From: an uncultured Chloroflexia bacterium
GTDB taxonomy: Bacteria; Chloroflexota; Dehalococcoidia; DSTF01; JACRBR01
Direction: 5' to 3'
NCBI GenBank assembly: GCA_963843685.1
Contig: CAWJLO010000009.1
Location: forward strand, 11,155 to 75,154
Length of the DNA stretch: 64,000 bases
Positions 42,095-52,632 of the stretch are shown here, piece by piece. The position numbers were made by a program, and so were the translations under genes. Numbering within the stretch: position 1 is the first letter of the stretch; each line of letters begins with the position of its first letter. The notes below the pieces were generated by a model. That model was given only the letters and a program-made list of their open reading frames with translations. It made no database searches and was not told the origin of the DNA.

Positions 42095-42448
42095 CTAGGT
42101 CTTCTCGAAACGCTCCACGTCGAGGACGAAGAGGATGGCGCCGCCGACGCGCACCTCGATCGGTTCCTGCAGCACCGAGCCTTCACCGAAGAAGGGCAGC
42201 GTGTGCACGGGGACGTACTCGGTGCGCGCGTAGCACTCTGCACGCACCATGGCGACGATGCCGTCGACTTCGTTCGCTTCGACGCCGGAGAGGATGGTGG
42301 CGTTGCCCTTGTGGAGGAAACCGCCGGTGCTGCTGACCTTGGTGGCGGGGTAGCCCTGCTCGATGAGCTTGCGGGTGAGTTTCTCGGCATCGGCGTCTGA
42401 CGCGATGATGATGACGAGCTTGAGCTGGCCGTCGCCGCCGTTTGCCAA
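42095..42448 (-). CDS. darA: Cyclic-di-AMP receptor, PII-like DarA/PstA family
   Basis: KLVIII, TKVSSTGGFLHKGNATILSGVE, VRVGGAILFVLDVERFEK; TTG start after GGAGG. Confidence 0.85.
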   Translation of the reverse strand: MANGGDGQLKLVIIIASDADAEKLTRKLIEQGYPATKVSSTGGFLHKGNATILSGVEANEVDGIVAMVRAECYARTEYVPVHTLPFFGEGSVLQEPIEVRVGGAILFVLDVERFEKT

Positions 42449-42632
42449 TACGCCTCCGTTCGCAGCGCCCCTCGCCGCATCGTAGACCTCGCCCGATCGG
42501 GCTGTCAACGCCACGGATCGCGCTCCGCGCTTCAATCGTGACCGGGTGTCGGCTTCGGGCACGAGCCTGTAACCTGAGGCTCAATTACGGAATGCGCGCG
42601 AGTCATCGCCCATCCAGGGCGGGAGGTTCAAG

Positions 42633-43976
42633 TTGGCGGACGAGAGCGACGGCCTGAAGCCCAAGACCGACATGGAGACGCTGGTCTCCCTGTGCAAGCG
42701 GCGGGGCTTCGTGTTTCAGAGCAGCGAGATCTACGGCGGGCTGCAGGGCGCGTGGGACTACGGGCCGCTGGGCGTCGAGATGACGAACAACATCAAGCGC
42801 GCGTGGTGGCGGGCGATGGTGCAGGAGCGCGACGACATCGTCGGCATCGACGCGTCGATCCTGATGCACCCGGAGGTCTGGCGCGCGAGCGGCCACGTCG
42901 AGACGTTCACGGACCCAATGGTGGACTGCCGGAACTGCCAGTCCAGATTCCGGGAGGACGAGCTGGCCTCCGACGTCTGCCCGACGTGCGGCGCCCGAGG
43001 GCAGTTCACCGAGCCGCGGATGTTCAACCTGATGCTGCAGACGTTCCTGGGGCCGGTGGCGGACGACGCGGCGCGCGTGTACCTGCGGCCTGAGACGGCG
43101 CAGGGCATCTTCGTGAACTTCGAGAACGTGCAGACGACGACGCGCCGGAAGCTGCCGTTCGGCATCGCCCAGATCGGCAAGTCGTTCCGCAACGAGATCA
43201 CGCCGCGCAACTTCATCTTCCGGGTGCGGGAGCTGGAGCAGATGGAGATGGAGTACTTCTGCTATCCGGAGGACTCCGTCCAACTGCACGGCGAGTGGAT
43301 CGAGGAGCGGCGCCGCTGGTATCAGCGTTTCGGGCTGAGCATGGAGCGGCTGCGCGTGCGGGCGCACACGAAGGAGGAGCTGTCGCACTACTCGTCGGCG
43401 ACCTCGGACTTCGAGTACCTGTTCCCGATCGGCTGGGCGGAGCTGGAGGGCGTCGCGCATCGAGGCGACTTCGATCTGACGCAACACGCGAAACACAGCG
43501 GCAAGGCGCTCACGTACTACGACGAGGAGCGCAACGAGCACATCGTGCCGCACGTCGTCGAGCCGGCGCTGGGCGTCGGGAGGTGCATGCTGGCGTTCCT
43601 GAGCGACGGCTACGAAGAGGAGACCGATGAGAAGGGCGAGAAGCGCGTCGTGTTGCGCCTTCACCCGGCGCTCGCGCCGATCAAGGTGGCGATCCTGCCG
43701 CTGAGCCGAAACGAGAAGCTCACGCCGACGGCGCGCGGTGTCTACGCGACGCTGCGCAAGCACTGGATGACGCAGTACGACGACGCGCAGAGCATCGGCA
43801 GGCGCTACCGCCGCCAGGACGAGATCGGCACGCCGCTGTGCGTGACGGTCGACTTCCAGACGGTGGAGGAGGACCAGGCCGTCACGATCAGGGAGCGCGA
43901 CAGCATGGCGCAGGTGCGCGTGCCGATCAGCGGCCTCGTGGAGGCGCTGCGGGAGCGGCTCGTCGACGTGGGGTGA
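42633..43976 (+). CDS. glyQS: Glycine--tRNA ligase (alpha2 type)
   Basis: [52 protein letters not shown]. Confidence 0.96.
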   Translation: MADESDGLKPKTDMETLVSLCKRRGFVFQSSEIYGGLQGAWDYGPLGVEMTNNIKRAWWRAMVQERDDIVGIDASILMHPEVWRASGHVETFTDPMVDCRNCQSRFREDELASDVCPTCGARGQFTEPRMFNLMLQTFLGPVADDAARVYLRPETAQGIFVNFENVQTTTRRKLPFGIAQIGKSFRNEITPRNFIFRVRELEQMEMEYFCYPEDSVQLHGEWIEERRRWYQRFGLSMERLRVRAHTKEELSHYSSATSDFEYLFPIGWAELEGVAHRGDFDLTQHAKHSGKALTYYDEERNEHIVPHVVEPALGVGRCMLAFLSDGYEEETDEKGEKRVVLRLHPALAPIKVAILPLSRNEKLTPTARGVYATLRKHWMTQYDDAQSIGRRYRRQDEIGTPLCVTVDFQTVEEDQAVTIRERDSMAQVRVPISGLVEALRERLVDVG

Positions 43977-43995
43977 GGTGACGGACGGAGGCGCG

Positions 43996-44568
43996 ATGCT
44001 CCCGCTGCTCGCGGACAACGGCCTCGACGGCAATCAACTTGCATGGGACATCGTCGACGCGTTCCTCCACGGATTCCTCATCGCGTGGCCGGTCACGTTC
44101 GGCCTCGTTGCCATCTTCATCGGCTCCATCTTGCTCGGGATCTGGCGGCGGATCCGGCTCGCACGATCGGGCATCAAGGACATCGACAAGTTCAGCGGCA
44201 AGGTGTTCGAGGAGTACCTGGAGGTGCTCTTCCGCCGCCTTGGGTATCGCGTGGAGCGCACGCAGTTCGCCGGCGACTATGGCGGCGACCTCGTGCTGCG
44301 GAAGGACGGCGTGCGCACAGTGGTGCAGGCGAAGCGCTACAGCCGGTCGGTCGGCGTCCGCGCCGTGCAGGAGGTCGTCGCGGCGAAGGCGCACTACGAC
44401 TGCGCCGAGGCGATGGTCGTGACGAACAACCGCTTCACGAAGCAGGCGGAGCACCTCGCGGACAAGAACGGCGTTGAGCTGTGGGACCGCGACGAGCTGA
44501 CGCGACGGCTGATGGCAGCCGGCGGCAAACGGAAGCTCCGCGCATCGATCGATGCGCCTCCGCGGTGA
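43996..44568 (+). CDS. Membrane-anchored Mrr-like restriction endonuclease
   Basis: N-terminal TM; FEEYL, GDYGGDL, VVQAKRY, VTNNRFT Mrr_cat motifs. Confidence 0.88.
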   Translation: MLPLLADNGLDGNQLAWDIVDAFLHGFLIAWPVTFGLVAIFIGSILLGIWRRIRLARSGIKDIDKFSGKVFEEYLEVLFRRLGYRVERTQFAGDYGGDLVLRKDGVRTVVQAKRYSRSVGVRAVQEVVAAKAHYDCAEAMVVTNNRFTKQAEHLADKNGVELWDRDELTRRLMAAGGKRKLRASIDAPPR

Positions 44569-44755
44569 GCCGACGGAGAAGCGTGTACACGACAGGCCGC
44601 CATCACCACGACCCGCTTCGCCCGCGGCGGTGGCGACGTGCCGCACGTGCGCGAAGGTGCTTTCGGCCGGCGAACGGCGCTACTGCCGGGACAACGCGGA
44701 GCGCTTCCTCGGCCAGATGTTCTGCTATCGACACCAGCGCCAGCGTCGCGCCTGA
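44552..44755 (+). CDS. Small Zn-binding domain (CxxC...YC...CxxH), possibly frameshifted C-terminus of Mrr
   Basis: CRTCAKVLSAGERRYCRDNAERFLGQMFCYRHQ overlapping the Mrr stop. Confidence 0.55.
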   Translation: MRLRGEPTEKRVHDRPPSPRPASPAAVATCRTCAKVLSAGERRYCRDNAERFLGQMFCYRHQRQRRA

Positions 44756-44767
44756 CGCGGATGGCCG

Positions 44768-45017
44768 CTAGCGGGGGCTCTCCGCCGCCGTCGTCCCGTG
44801 CGGCAAGCTCGATGCCACAGGCGCCGCAGTGCGTCGCACCGGGCGGGGGCAGCGGCACACCGCACGCGGGACACTCGGTCGCCAGACGCACGCCACAGCC
44901 GGCGCAGAACTGCCAGTCGGGCTGCAGGAGCAGGCGGCAGCTCGCGCACTCCGTCTGCAGGACGTGGTAGGACTCGACGATCTCTTCCAGGTGCTTGGGG
45001 TCGGGCTGCTCTGCCAC
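44768..45017 (-). CDS. Double zinc-ribbon protein (3' end uncertain)
   Basis: Four CxxC pairs (CASC, CAGC, CPAC, CGAC); GAGGTG RBS + GTG; probable indel before TAG 44768. Confidence 0.65.
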
Positions 45018-45098
45018 GGGAATCACCTCACGCCACATGATCGAGGCGGCGGGCCGCCGATGGCAGGGCCGTTTGGGCCGATCAGCAGGGCCGTGCGG

Positions 45099-45875
45099 TC
45101 ACGCTTTTTCGCCGACGAGGATGCAGCGGCGGCTGTCCATGGTCAGCGGCGAGCCGTCGAAGTCGCCGTACGAAGCGACGACCGGCAGGCCGGCCGCCTC
45201 GAACATGCGGCGGAGCTCGGCGGGCGTGTACATGCGGATCGCGATCTCCCGTTCGCGGCGCGCGCCGTCCGGCGTGACGTGTGTCCAGGTCGAAGCACTA
45301 CGCCCGGTCAGCGCGTCGTAGCGGCGCTCCTCGAGGAAGAGGGTGCCGTCATCAAGCCGGTTGATTGTCGATGGTTGAAACTGCCGCAGAACGCGCACGC
45401 TGTTGTTGAAGTCCATGAGGAAGCGTCCGCCGGGCTTCAGCGCCGCTGCCACGCGCGCGATCACGCCGGCGTCCTCGTCGTCGCTCTCCAGGTAGCCGAA
45501 CGAGGAGAAGAGGTTGACGACGGCGTCGAACGGCGGCTCGACGGGCAGGTTGCGCATGTCGTCGTTGATCAGACTGAGCGCGACGTCCGCGTCCGCAGCG
45601 GCCTTCGCGGCCAGCTCGATGTGGTACGCCGAGAGGTCGAGGCCCGTGACGTCGTAACCGCGGCGCGCCAGCGCGACGCTGTGTCGCCCGTGGCCGCAGC
45701 AGAGGTCCAGCAGGCGCGCGCCCGGCTCGATGCGGAGCGCCTCGGCGATGAAGGCGGTCTCCCGCTCGCTCGCCTCCGGTCCGACGATGCCACCCGGCGC
45801 GCGTACCAGCGAGTAGAACGTGTCGAAGTAGTCGCGCTCGAAGAAGGTGCGATACCAGGGATCGGCTTCTGCCAT
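45099..45875 (-). CDS. Class I SAM-dependent methyltransferase
   Basis: LLDLCCGHGRH, VTGLDLS, FDAVVNLFSSFGY, LKPGGRF. Confidence 0.92.
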   Translation of the reverse strand: MAEADPWYRTFFERDYFDTFYSLVRAPGGIVGPEASERETAFIAEALRIEPGARLLDLCCGHGRHSVALARRGYDVTGLDLSAYHIELAAKAAADADVALSLINDDMRNLPVEPPFDAVVNLFSSFGYLESDDEDAGVIARVAAALKPGGRFLMDFNNSVRVLRQFQPSTINRLDDGTLFLEERRYDALTGRSASTWTHVTPDGARREREIAIRMYTPAELRRMFEAAGLPVVASYGDFDGSPLTMDSRRCILVGEKA

Positions 45876-47173
45876 CAGTCGAGCGACCCACCGAGCACGC
45901 CGGCCGCCCGCAGCGCGTCGATGCGGGCGTCGTCGTAGCCGAGCTCGCGCAGCACCTCGTCGGTGTGCTGGCCGAGGGTGGGGGAGGGGCCCTGCGCGGC
46001 GAGCGGCGTGTCGCTCATCTGGATCATCGGGCCGACCATGCGCACGGGGCCCATGAGGGGATGGTCGACGCTGGTGACGAAGTCATTTTCGAGGACCTGC
46101 GCGTCCTCGAGCAGCTCCTCGGTGAACTTCAGGGGGCCGGCGGGCACGCCCGCGTCGTCGAGGATGCGCAGCCACTCGTCGGTGGGCTTGCCGGCGAAGA
46201 TCGCCTCCGCCTGCTCGACGAGATGCTTGCCGTACGCCTGCACCGCGGGGTCGGAGGGGTCGACCTCGTCGGGCCGCTTGCCGATGCGCCAGTCCTCCAT
46301 GCCGATCGCGCCGAGGAGCTTCTTGCGCAGTGGCGTGCTGAGGCAGCCGACGGCCATGAAGCCGTCGGCGGTCTTGTAGCAGCGGTAGTAGATGTTGCCC
46401 ACGACGGGTCGCACGTTATGGACGACGTCGAGCTGCTCCTTGTAGGTGCCGCCGCCCGCGCGGAGCTCGCGCACCTTCTCGAGCGCCTGGTGGCGCGCGT
46501 CGGTGTCGGTCGCCTCGATGGACATGAAGCGCGTGTTCTGGAGCGAGAGCGCGCTGGACATGAGCGTCGTGTCGACGCGCTGGCCGCGGCCGGTGCGCTC
46601 GCGCGAGAAGAGCGCGGCGCAGATGCCCCAGGCGATCGCGATGCCGGTCGCGAGGTCGGCGGAGGGGAGGGCGTTGACGAGCGGCACGCCGTCCAGCTCG
46701 CGGCCCTCGACGGACATCAGGCCCGTCACGGCCTGGGCCACGAGGTCGTAGCCGGGGCGGTGCGCGTACGGGCCGCGGCGGCCGAAGGCGGTGTTGTCGC
46801 AGTAGACGAGGCGCGGGTTGTCGCGCGAGAGGGTGGCGTAGTCGATGCCCAGCTTGGCGGCGACGTCCGGGCGGTAGTTGACGATGGCGGCGTCGGAGCG
46901 GGCGGCGATCTTCTGCGCGATCTCCTGGCCCTCCGGCGCGTTGAGGTCGACCGTCATGCCGCGCTTGCCGCGGTTGAGGGAGATGTAGCCGCGGCCCTCG
47001 CGGAGGCCGAGGGGCTGGAAGCCGCGCCAGGGGTCGCCGGCGGGCGGCTCCACCTTGATCACCTCGGCGCCCATGTCGGAGAGGAGGACGCCGGCGAAGG
47101 GCGCGGCGATGATCTCCGAGAACTCCAGCACCTTGATGCCGGCCAGCGGTCCCGAATGTCCGTTCGCGGTCAT
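45875..47173 (-). CDS. CaiB/BaiF family CoA transferase
   Basis: GPLAGIKVLE, NRGKRG, NYRP, PTLGQHTDEVL. Confidence 0.92.
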   Translation of the reverse strand: MTANGHSGPLAGIKVLEFSEIIAAPFAGVLLSDMGAEVIKVEPPAGDPWRGFQPLGLREGRGYISLNRGKRGMTVDLNAPEGQEIAQKIAARSDAAIVNYRPDVAAKLGIDYATLSRDNPRLVYCDNTAFGRRGPYAHRPGYDLVAQAVTGLMSVEGRELDGVPLVNALPSADLATGIAIAWGICAALFSRERTGRGQRVDTTLMSSALSLQNTRFMSIEATDTDARHQALEKVRELRAGGGTYKEQLDVVHNVRPVVGNIYYRCYKTADGFMAVGCLSTPLRKKLLGAIGMEDWRIGKRPDEVDPSDPAVQAYGKHLVEQAEAIFAGKPTDEWLRILDDAGVPAGPLKFTEELLEDAQVLENDFVTSVDHPLMGPVRMVGPMIQMSDTPLAAQGPSPTLGQHTDEVLRELGYDDARIDALRAAGVLGGSLD

Positions 47174-47280
47174 GCCTCAACCCCCTCGGCGGCGTGAGCG
47201 TCGGTCACGGCGGAGTGGGATTAGTATAGGACGGAGTTGGCGCTGGTTGAACTGCAACGGGCCGTTCGGCCGAGGAACGC

Positions 47281-47706
47281 CTAGAGGCGTTTCTCCATGG
47301 CGATGTGGGGGATGCCGACCTCGTCGTAGACGTCGCCGACGGGGGTGTAGCCGCAGCTCTGGTAGAAGCCCTGGGCGTGGAGCTGCGCGCTGAGCTTGAA
47401 GTGCCGGATGCCCCGCTCGACGCCCGCCTGCTCGAGCGCCTCCAATACCTCCGCCCCCAGACCGCGGCCCCGGTGGTCCGCCAGCACCGCCATGCGGCCG
47501 ATCTTCGCGTAGTCGTGCTCGACGATCAGGCGGCCCGCAGCCACAGGCACGCCATCTTCGTAGCCGACGATGTGGACGGCGGTGGCGTCCAGCTCGTCCA
47601 GCTCGTCTTCGCGGGAGATCCCCTGCTCGTCAACGAACACGGCGATGCGTACGGCGAAGGCGTCCTCCCGCTGCTTATCCGTTTTGACGACGCTGATCCG
47701 GACCAT
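47281..47706 (-). CDS. GNAT acetyltransferase, ElaA/YjcF-like
   Basis: VRIAVFVDEQG, KIGRMAV, RGRGLG, LSAQLHAQGFY, IPHIAM. Confidence 0.9.
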   Translation of the reverse strand: MVRISVVKTDKQREDAFAVRIAVFVDEQGISREDELDELDATAVHIVGYEDGVPVAAGRLIVEHDYAKIGRMAVLADHRGRGLGAEVLEALEQAGVERGIRHFKLSAQLHAQGFYQSCGYTPVGDVYDEVGIPHIAMEKRL

Positions 47707-47868
47707 CGGCCCCCCGGGGCGCTGCGCGTGCCGCTGGCCGCACCCCCTCCAGCTGGGCAGCCGGCACCACCCGTCAAATCGCCGGGCCGTCAAGGCGTGG
47801 CTTGTGGCGGCCCCGGCCGGGCACTACCATCTCCGCACCTCGCTTGATTCCCGCGAACGGAGGACACC

Positions 47869-48472
47869 GTGCTGAACCGATTCGGGTGGGCGCTCGCCGG
47901 CGCCCTCGGCCTGATCGCCGTGACTCGCGCTCGCCCGCGCCATCGAGGCGGGGCCGATCGATCCGCCGGGTCCGGTGGGGTCGACGATGCGCACCCTAGA
48001 TGAACTGTTGCCGTCGTGCGGACCGTCAACTCACCGCCGCCGGGACGGACGTCTGCAACTCCGCGCGATTCCAGTGTGGTCCTTCTCCTGACGCGACCTA
48101 CACCGACGGCGCCGCCGTGCTCGACAGGGAGCCGGGGCTGGTGTGGTCTCGAGCGTGTCCCGCAACGCGGAGGAGACGACGGCACATGGGTCCGCCGTCT
48201 ACTACTGCGAAACGTCGAAGCTGGGCGGCCGCTGGGCATGGCGGCTGCCGACGTTGGACGAACTTACCAGCCTGCTCCTTTCCGACGGCGCGGGACCGTT
48301 CGGCATCGGACCCGATCCGGAGTTCTGGAGTGCGACCGGTAACGCACTCGTCCCGGGCAACTACCTGTTCGTCTCGTTCACCGGAGCAGGCGCGCTCTAC
48401 GCGGACGTGCCCACGGCGACCCATCGCTACTGGTGCGTGCGCGGCGGAACGTCGCACGACCCCGTGCAGTAG
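47869..48472 (+). CDS. Secreted Lcl C-terminal/DUF1566 domain protein, multiply frameshifted
   Basis: GGAGG+GTG signal peptide; fragments GPIDPPGPVGSTMRTLDEL, AVLDREPGLVW, YC...WRLPTLDELTSL, FWSAT, WCVRGG. Confidence 0.65.
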
Positions 48473-48556
48473 TTGCCGTTCTACAGGGCGGTCGGCACCG
48501 CACCGGCGACTGACGCATGTGCCGACGATGCCAGCATCCCGCTCCAGCCGCATCGC

Positions 48557-49297
48557 TCATTCGCCGAACGCGAAGCCTGCGGCGGTCAACGCGAGCCTCC
48601 GTGCGGCGACGTTTGAATCGCGTAGCAAGTCCGGCGCGCGCGACCAGCCCCAGACGGGCTGCACGGCGTCGGCAAAGAACTCACGGGCGTCACTGCACGC
48701 GGCCGAGCGGCCCTCGCCACGCACGTGCTCCATGAACCGCAGCTCATCGCCCGGGCCGGAGGACGCGCCGCCTCGGCCTCGGCCAGCGACCGCGGCAGGG
48801 CGCGCAGGGTCGCCAGAGCACCGCTCTCGAGACGACGAAGTCGAGAACGCGTCACGCGCGTACGGCAGGACCTCGGCGGGATCGCGTCGGCGCGACGATC
48901 GACTAGTTGCAAGCGTAACCTTGCTCTCCGGCCGAGGGCCGCGAAGCCCTCCTGAACTTCGGGAGAGAGTGCGTCCTGCATCGACCGAACGGTGAAGTCG
49001 GCGGTCGAGCCTCGTCCGCAAACGCTGTTGCAGCCGCAGCTTTGAGCCACAGGACCAACTCCGCCAGCGTGACGAACTGATCTCGGCTCCGTCGCTCAAT
49101 CTCGACAAGGAGCGCGTCAGGAATCTTGTAGTGCGGGAAGGTGCCTGCGCCGTTCATTCCTGCCGCGTCGCCGCGACCGGCGCTCGAGCAGCCGATCGTG
49201 CAGCGCTCGGCCGGCGTTATCTCGCTGCTCGCCCGCCACATCAGTTCGTCAGCAGTAGCGCCGAGCAGCGGTGGCCGCGTTCGTCCACGCTCTTCAT
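48557..49297 (-). pseudogene. Heavily frameshifted hypothetical ORF
   Basis: Protein-like fragments in alternating frames (FPHYKIPDALLVEIERRSRDQFVTLAELVLWLK; ELRFMEHVRGEG); no family recognised. Confidence 0.3.
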
Positions 49298-49336
49298 CGT
49301 GATCCCATCATAGCGCCGTTGCGCCTCTCCTACGGC

Positions 49337-49366
49337 AGAGGACGCGGCCGAACGTCCGCGCCCTCT
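49337..49366 (-). terminator. GC hairpin downstream of aldehyde dehydrogenase
   Basis: Minus strand AGAGGGCGCGG-loop-CCGCGTCCTCT; weak U tail. Confidence 0.4.
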
Positions 49367-49406
49367 TCATTGACAGGCTGACACGCTGCGTCACTGACAG
49401 ACTGCG

Positions 49407-50894
49407 TTACGCCAGCTTGATCTGGATCGCCTTGGTCTCCATGTACTCTTCCAGGCCCTCGTGGCCGAGCTCGCGGCCGATGCCGCTCTGCTTGTAGCCG
49501 CCGTACGGCATATTCGGCAGACCGGCGCTGTGGTAGGAGTTGACCCAGACCGTGCCGGCCTGCAGCCCCTTCGCCATCTTGAACGCCGTGTCGATGTTGC
49601 GGGTCCAGACGGCTGACGCGAGGCCGTAGATCGTGTCGTTCGCCAACCGCAATGCCTCGTCCGTGTCCTTGAACGTCATCACGGACAGGACGGGGCCGAA
49701 GATCTCGTCCTGCGCGATCTTCATGGTGTTGTTGACCTTGTCGAAGATGGTCGGCTGGACGAAGAGGCCCTTGTCGTAGCCCTCGCCCGTGAGGCGGCCG
49801 CCGCCGACCAGCATCTCGGCGCCCTCCTCCTGGCCGACGTGGACGTAGCGGACGACCTTGTCGAGCTGCTCCTGGTTGATCACGGGGCCCATGGTGGTCG
49901 TCGGGTCGTCGGGCTTGCCGACCTTCACGGTCGCGGTGAACGCCTTGAGCTTGGCCATGAACTCGTCCTTGACCTTCTCGTGGACGAACAGCCGCGAGCC
50001 CGCCTGGCAGACCTGACCGGTGTTCAGGAAGATGCCGAAGAACGAGCCGCCGACGGCCTGGTCGATGTTCGCGTCATCGAACACGACGTTGGGCGACTTG
50101 CCGCCCAGCTCCAGCGAGATCTTCTTCAGGTTGCCGGAGGCGGCCTGCATGATGGTCTTGCCGACGGCGGTCGAGCCGGTGAAGGCGATCTTGTCGACCT
50201 TCGGGGACGCCGCGAGCTCGGCGCCGACGACGGTGCCGGGGCCGGTGACGACGTTCATCACGCCCTTCGGCGCGCCTGACTCCGAGATGATGCGCGCCAG
50301 CTCGAACGTCGTGCCGGCGGTGAACTCGGACGGCTTCGCGACGATGGTGCAGCCCGCGGCCAGCGCCGGCGCCAGCTTCCACGTGATCAGCAGCACGGGG
50401 AAGTTCCACGGCGTGATCACGCCGACGACGCCCACGGGCTCGTGCACGGTCAGGCCGACGGCGTCCGGCACGAAGTTGGTGATCGCGTCGCCTTTGACGT
50501 CCAGCGCCAGACCGGCGTAGTAGTCGTAGACGTCGGCGGCCATCGCGATCTCGGCGATCGCCATGTTCTGCGGCTTGCCGACCTCCTTCGAGAGCAGCTG
50601 CGCGAGCGGCATCAACTCCGCGCGGATCTTGGCCGCCGTATTGCGCAGCACGGTCGCGCGCGTCGTCGCCGGCGCCTTCGACCACGTGCCGGCATCGAAC
50701 GCCGCCCGCGCCGCGTCGATGCCGCGGCGCGCGTCCTCGACGTCGCCCCAGGCGATCGTCTCGACGAGCGTGCCGTCGGCAGGATTCATGCGCTGGTGGG
50801 TCTTGCCGTTCGCCGCGGCGATCCACTCTCCGCCGATGAACTGCTGGTAGGTCCGGGACTCGGTGGCGTTGGGGTTCTTCGTTTCGACGACCAT
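49407..50894 (-). CDS. NAD(P)-dependent aldehyde dehydrogenase
   Basis: ITPWNFP, FTGSTAVG, LELGGKSP, GQVC, EIFGPV, YGGYKQSGIGRE. Confidence 0.95.
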   Translation of the reverse strand: MVVETKNPNATESRTYQQFIGGEWIAAANGKTHQRMNPADGTLVETIAWGDVEDARRGIDAARAAFDAGTWSKAPATTRATVLRNTAAKIRAELMPLAQLLSKEVGKPQNMAIAEIAMAADVYDYYAGLALDVKGDAITNFVPDAVGLTVHEPVGVVGVITPWNFPVLLITWKLAPALAAGCTIVAKPSEFTAGTTFELARIISESGAPKGVMNVVTGPGTVVGAELAASPKVDKIAFTGSTAVGKTIMQAASGNLKKISLELGGKSPNVVFDDANIDQAVGGSFFGIFLNTGQVCQAGSRLFVHEKVKDEFMAKLKAFTATVKVGKPDDPTTTMGPVINQEQLDKVVRYVHVGQEEGAEMLVGGGRLTGEGYDKGLFVQPTIFDKVNNTMKIAQDEIFGPVLSVMTFKDTDEALRLANDTIYGLASAVWTRNIDTAFKMAKGLQAGTVWVNSYHSAGLPNMPYGGYKQSGIGRELGHEGLEEYMETKAIQIKLA

Positions 50895-51085
50895 GTTGCA
50901 CCTCCTGCAAGGGTGACGAATTGGCGCCGGCCGCAGGTTCGCGTGGCGTCCGAGGGCCGGATGAGGGATACTTAGTGTGCGCTAGATTAATGGTACGCCC
51001 GGGCGCCGAAGGCGATCAAGCGGCGTCCGGCATGATTCGAGATTGAATTGCCCGCTCCGCGCGGCGCCGCCTACACTTCCGGTCT

Positions 51086-51667
51086 ATGAACCTGACTATT
51101 CGCACCCACCACACATCCACCTTCGGCGACTTTGAAGAGCACGCCGAACAGAAGCTCGCCAAGCTGGAGCGCTGGCTCCCGCGTGTCGACGACGTCACCG
51201 TCGAGGTCGGCCACCAGGAGACACGCGCCGCGTCGAGCCGCTACGCGGTCCAGATCACCGTCCGATCCGGCCCCGCCATCCTGCGCGCCGAGGAGAAGAG
51301 CGCCGACCCGCGCATCGCCCTCGACATGGCGGTCGGCGTGCTCACGCGACAGGCGCGCCGGCACAAGAAGCGGCTACACGAGCGCCATCATCCGCACATC
51401 GAGAAGGAGGCGATCGTCGCCGCGCTCTCGGAGCCCGTGGCCGAGGCGGAAGCGGAGGAGGCGGTCGAGGAGTACATCGCCGGCAAGGTGGTGCGGATGA
51501 AGGGCTTTGACGCGACGCCGATGTCCGAAGAGGAGGCGCTCGCCCAGATGGACCTCATCGGCCACGACTTCTTCATCTTCCTGGACGCGAAGACGAACGA
51601 TTACGCGCTGCTCTACAAGCGCAAGGACGGCGACTACGGCATGCTCTCGCCGCGGCGCCCCGGATAG
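51086..51667 (+). CDS. hpf: Ribosome hibernation promoting factor (long HPF)
   Basis: KLAKLERW, ILRAEE, and C-terminal PMSEEEALAQMDLIGHDFFIF...YKRKDGDYG dimerisation domain. Confidence 0.92.
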   Translation: MNLTIRTHHTSTFGDFEEHAEQKLAKLERWLPRVDDVTVEVGHQETRAASSRYAVQITVRSGPAILRAEEKSADPRIALDMAVGVLTRQARRHKKRLHERHHPHIEKEAIVAALSEPVAEAEAEEAVEEYIAGKVVRMKGFDATPMSEEEALAQMDLIGHDFFIFLDAKTNDYALLYKRKDGDYGMLSPRRPG

Positions 51668-51683
51668 GCCGCGGCCTCAGCGA

Positions 51684-52612
51684 TCAGACGGCGACCAGAA
51701 ACGAACGCAGCGCCGCGCGGGTCTCATCCGGCCGCTCCACCCACGGGAAGTGCCCGGCGCTATCAATGACAACACGTTTCCCGCGTGGAAGCGCATAACG
51801 CAGCGCCGCGCGCGTCTCGTCCGGCCGCTCCACCCACGGGAAGTGCCCCGCGCCATCGATAATCACGCGCTCGCCACGCGGCAACGCGCGAGAAGCGAGT
51901 CGGTGGCCCAAGCCGGCCGCGGATCCTCCGTGCCGTGCAGGATGAGCACCGGGACGTCGAGCGAGCGGCAGCGCGCCAGCGTGTCCTCCTCGCGCAGCGT
52001 GCGCGTCTCGGCGTTCAGCTCCGCGTTGCACCGGTAGTTGACCGGGAAGCCCTCGTCGAGGAATCTCGCAACGAGATCCCGCGCACCCTGAGGATCCGCA
52101 TAGTCCGTCGACCAGGCGAGCAGCAGGTGCTCGCGTTCCTCGTCGGGCGTGCGTGCCGGGTTCGCGCTGAGCACCTCGTACCGCGCCCATTGCTCGTCGG
52201 ACATGCGGCTGCGGCGCGCTTCGTGATACGCCGGGCGCCACGCGGTGCCGGCGCCGGTGCCCGACACGAGGATGAGCGCCTCCGTCCGCTCGGGATGCGT
52301 GAACGCGTAGTGCAGCGCCAGCCGCGCGCCCCACGAGTGGCCGCCGACGATCCAGCGCTCGTGGCCGAACGCCGTGCGAATAGCCTCGAGGTCATCGACG
52401 TACCTGGCGATGGTGTACGGCCCCGCGACGGTCGAGCGCCCGCAGCCGCGTTGATCCCATCGATGGACTTCGGCGAGGTCGCTCACCATTGCGGCCATCG
52501 GTTCGAGGTAGTCCCACATGCCCGGGCCGCCGTGACAGAACACCATCGGCTGGCCACGGCCGTCGGTGGCGGTCCAGAGCTCGACGCCGTCGCCGGCCTG
52601 CACGTGTTCCAT
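51684..52612 (-). CDS. Alpha/beta hydrolase (proline iminopeptidase-like); frameshift ~51890, duplicated C-terminal segment
   Basis: HGGPG, DQRGCGRS, GHSWG, HGTEDP, AGHFPWVE (twice). Confidence 0.88.
51704..51887. repeat. 93-bp-period diverged tandem repeat in hydrolase 3' end
   Basis: 51704-51794 vs 51797-51887 encode near-identical 30-aa segments. Confidence 0.92.
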
Positions 52613-52632
52613 GTGTGACACGGGGACCTCGG

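Noticed and set aside
42449-42632. T-box leader upstream of glyQS
   Set aside because: No T-box consensus or terminator/antiterminator; the short spacer is shared with the divergent darA promoter
51704-51887. Diversity-generating retroelement TR/VR pair
   Set aside because: Differences are mostly third-position and not adenine-specific; no reverse transcriptase in the window
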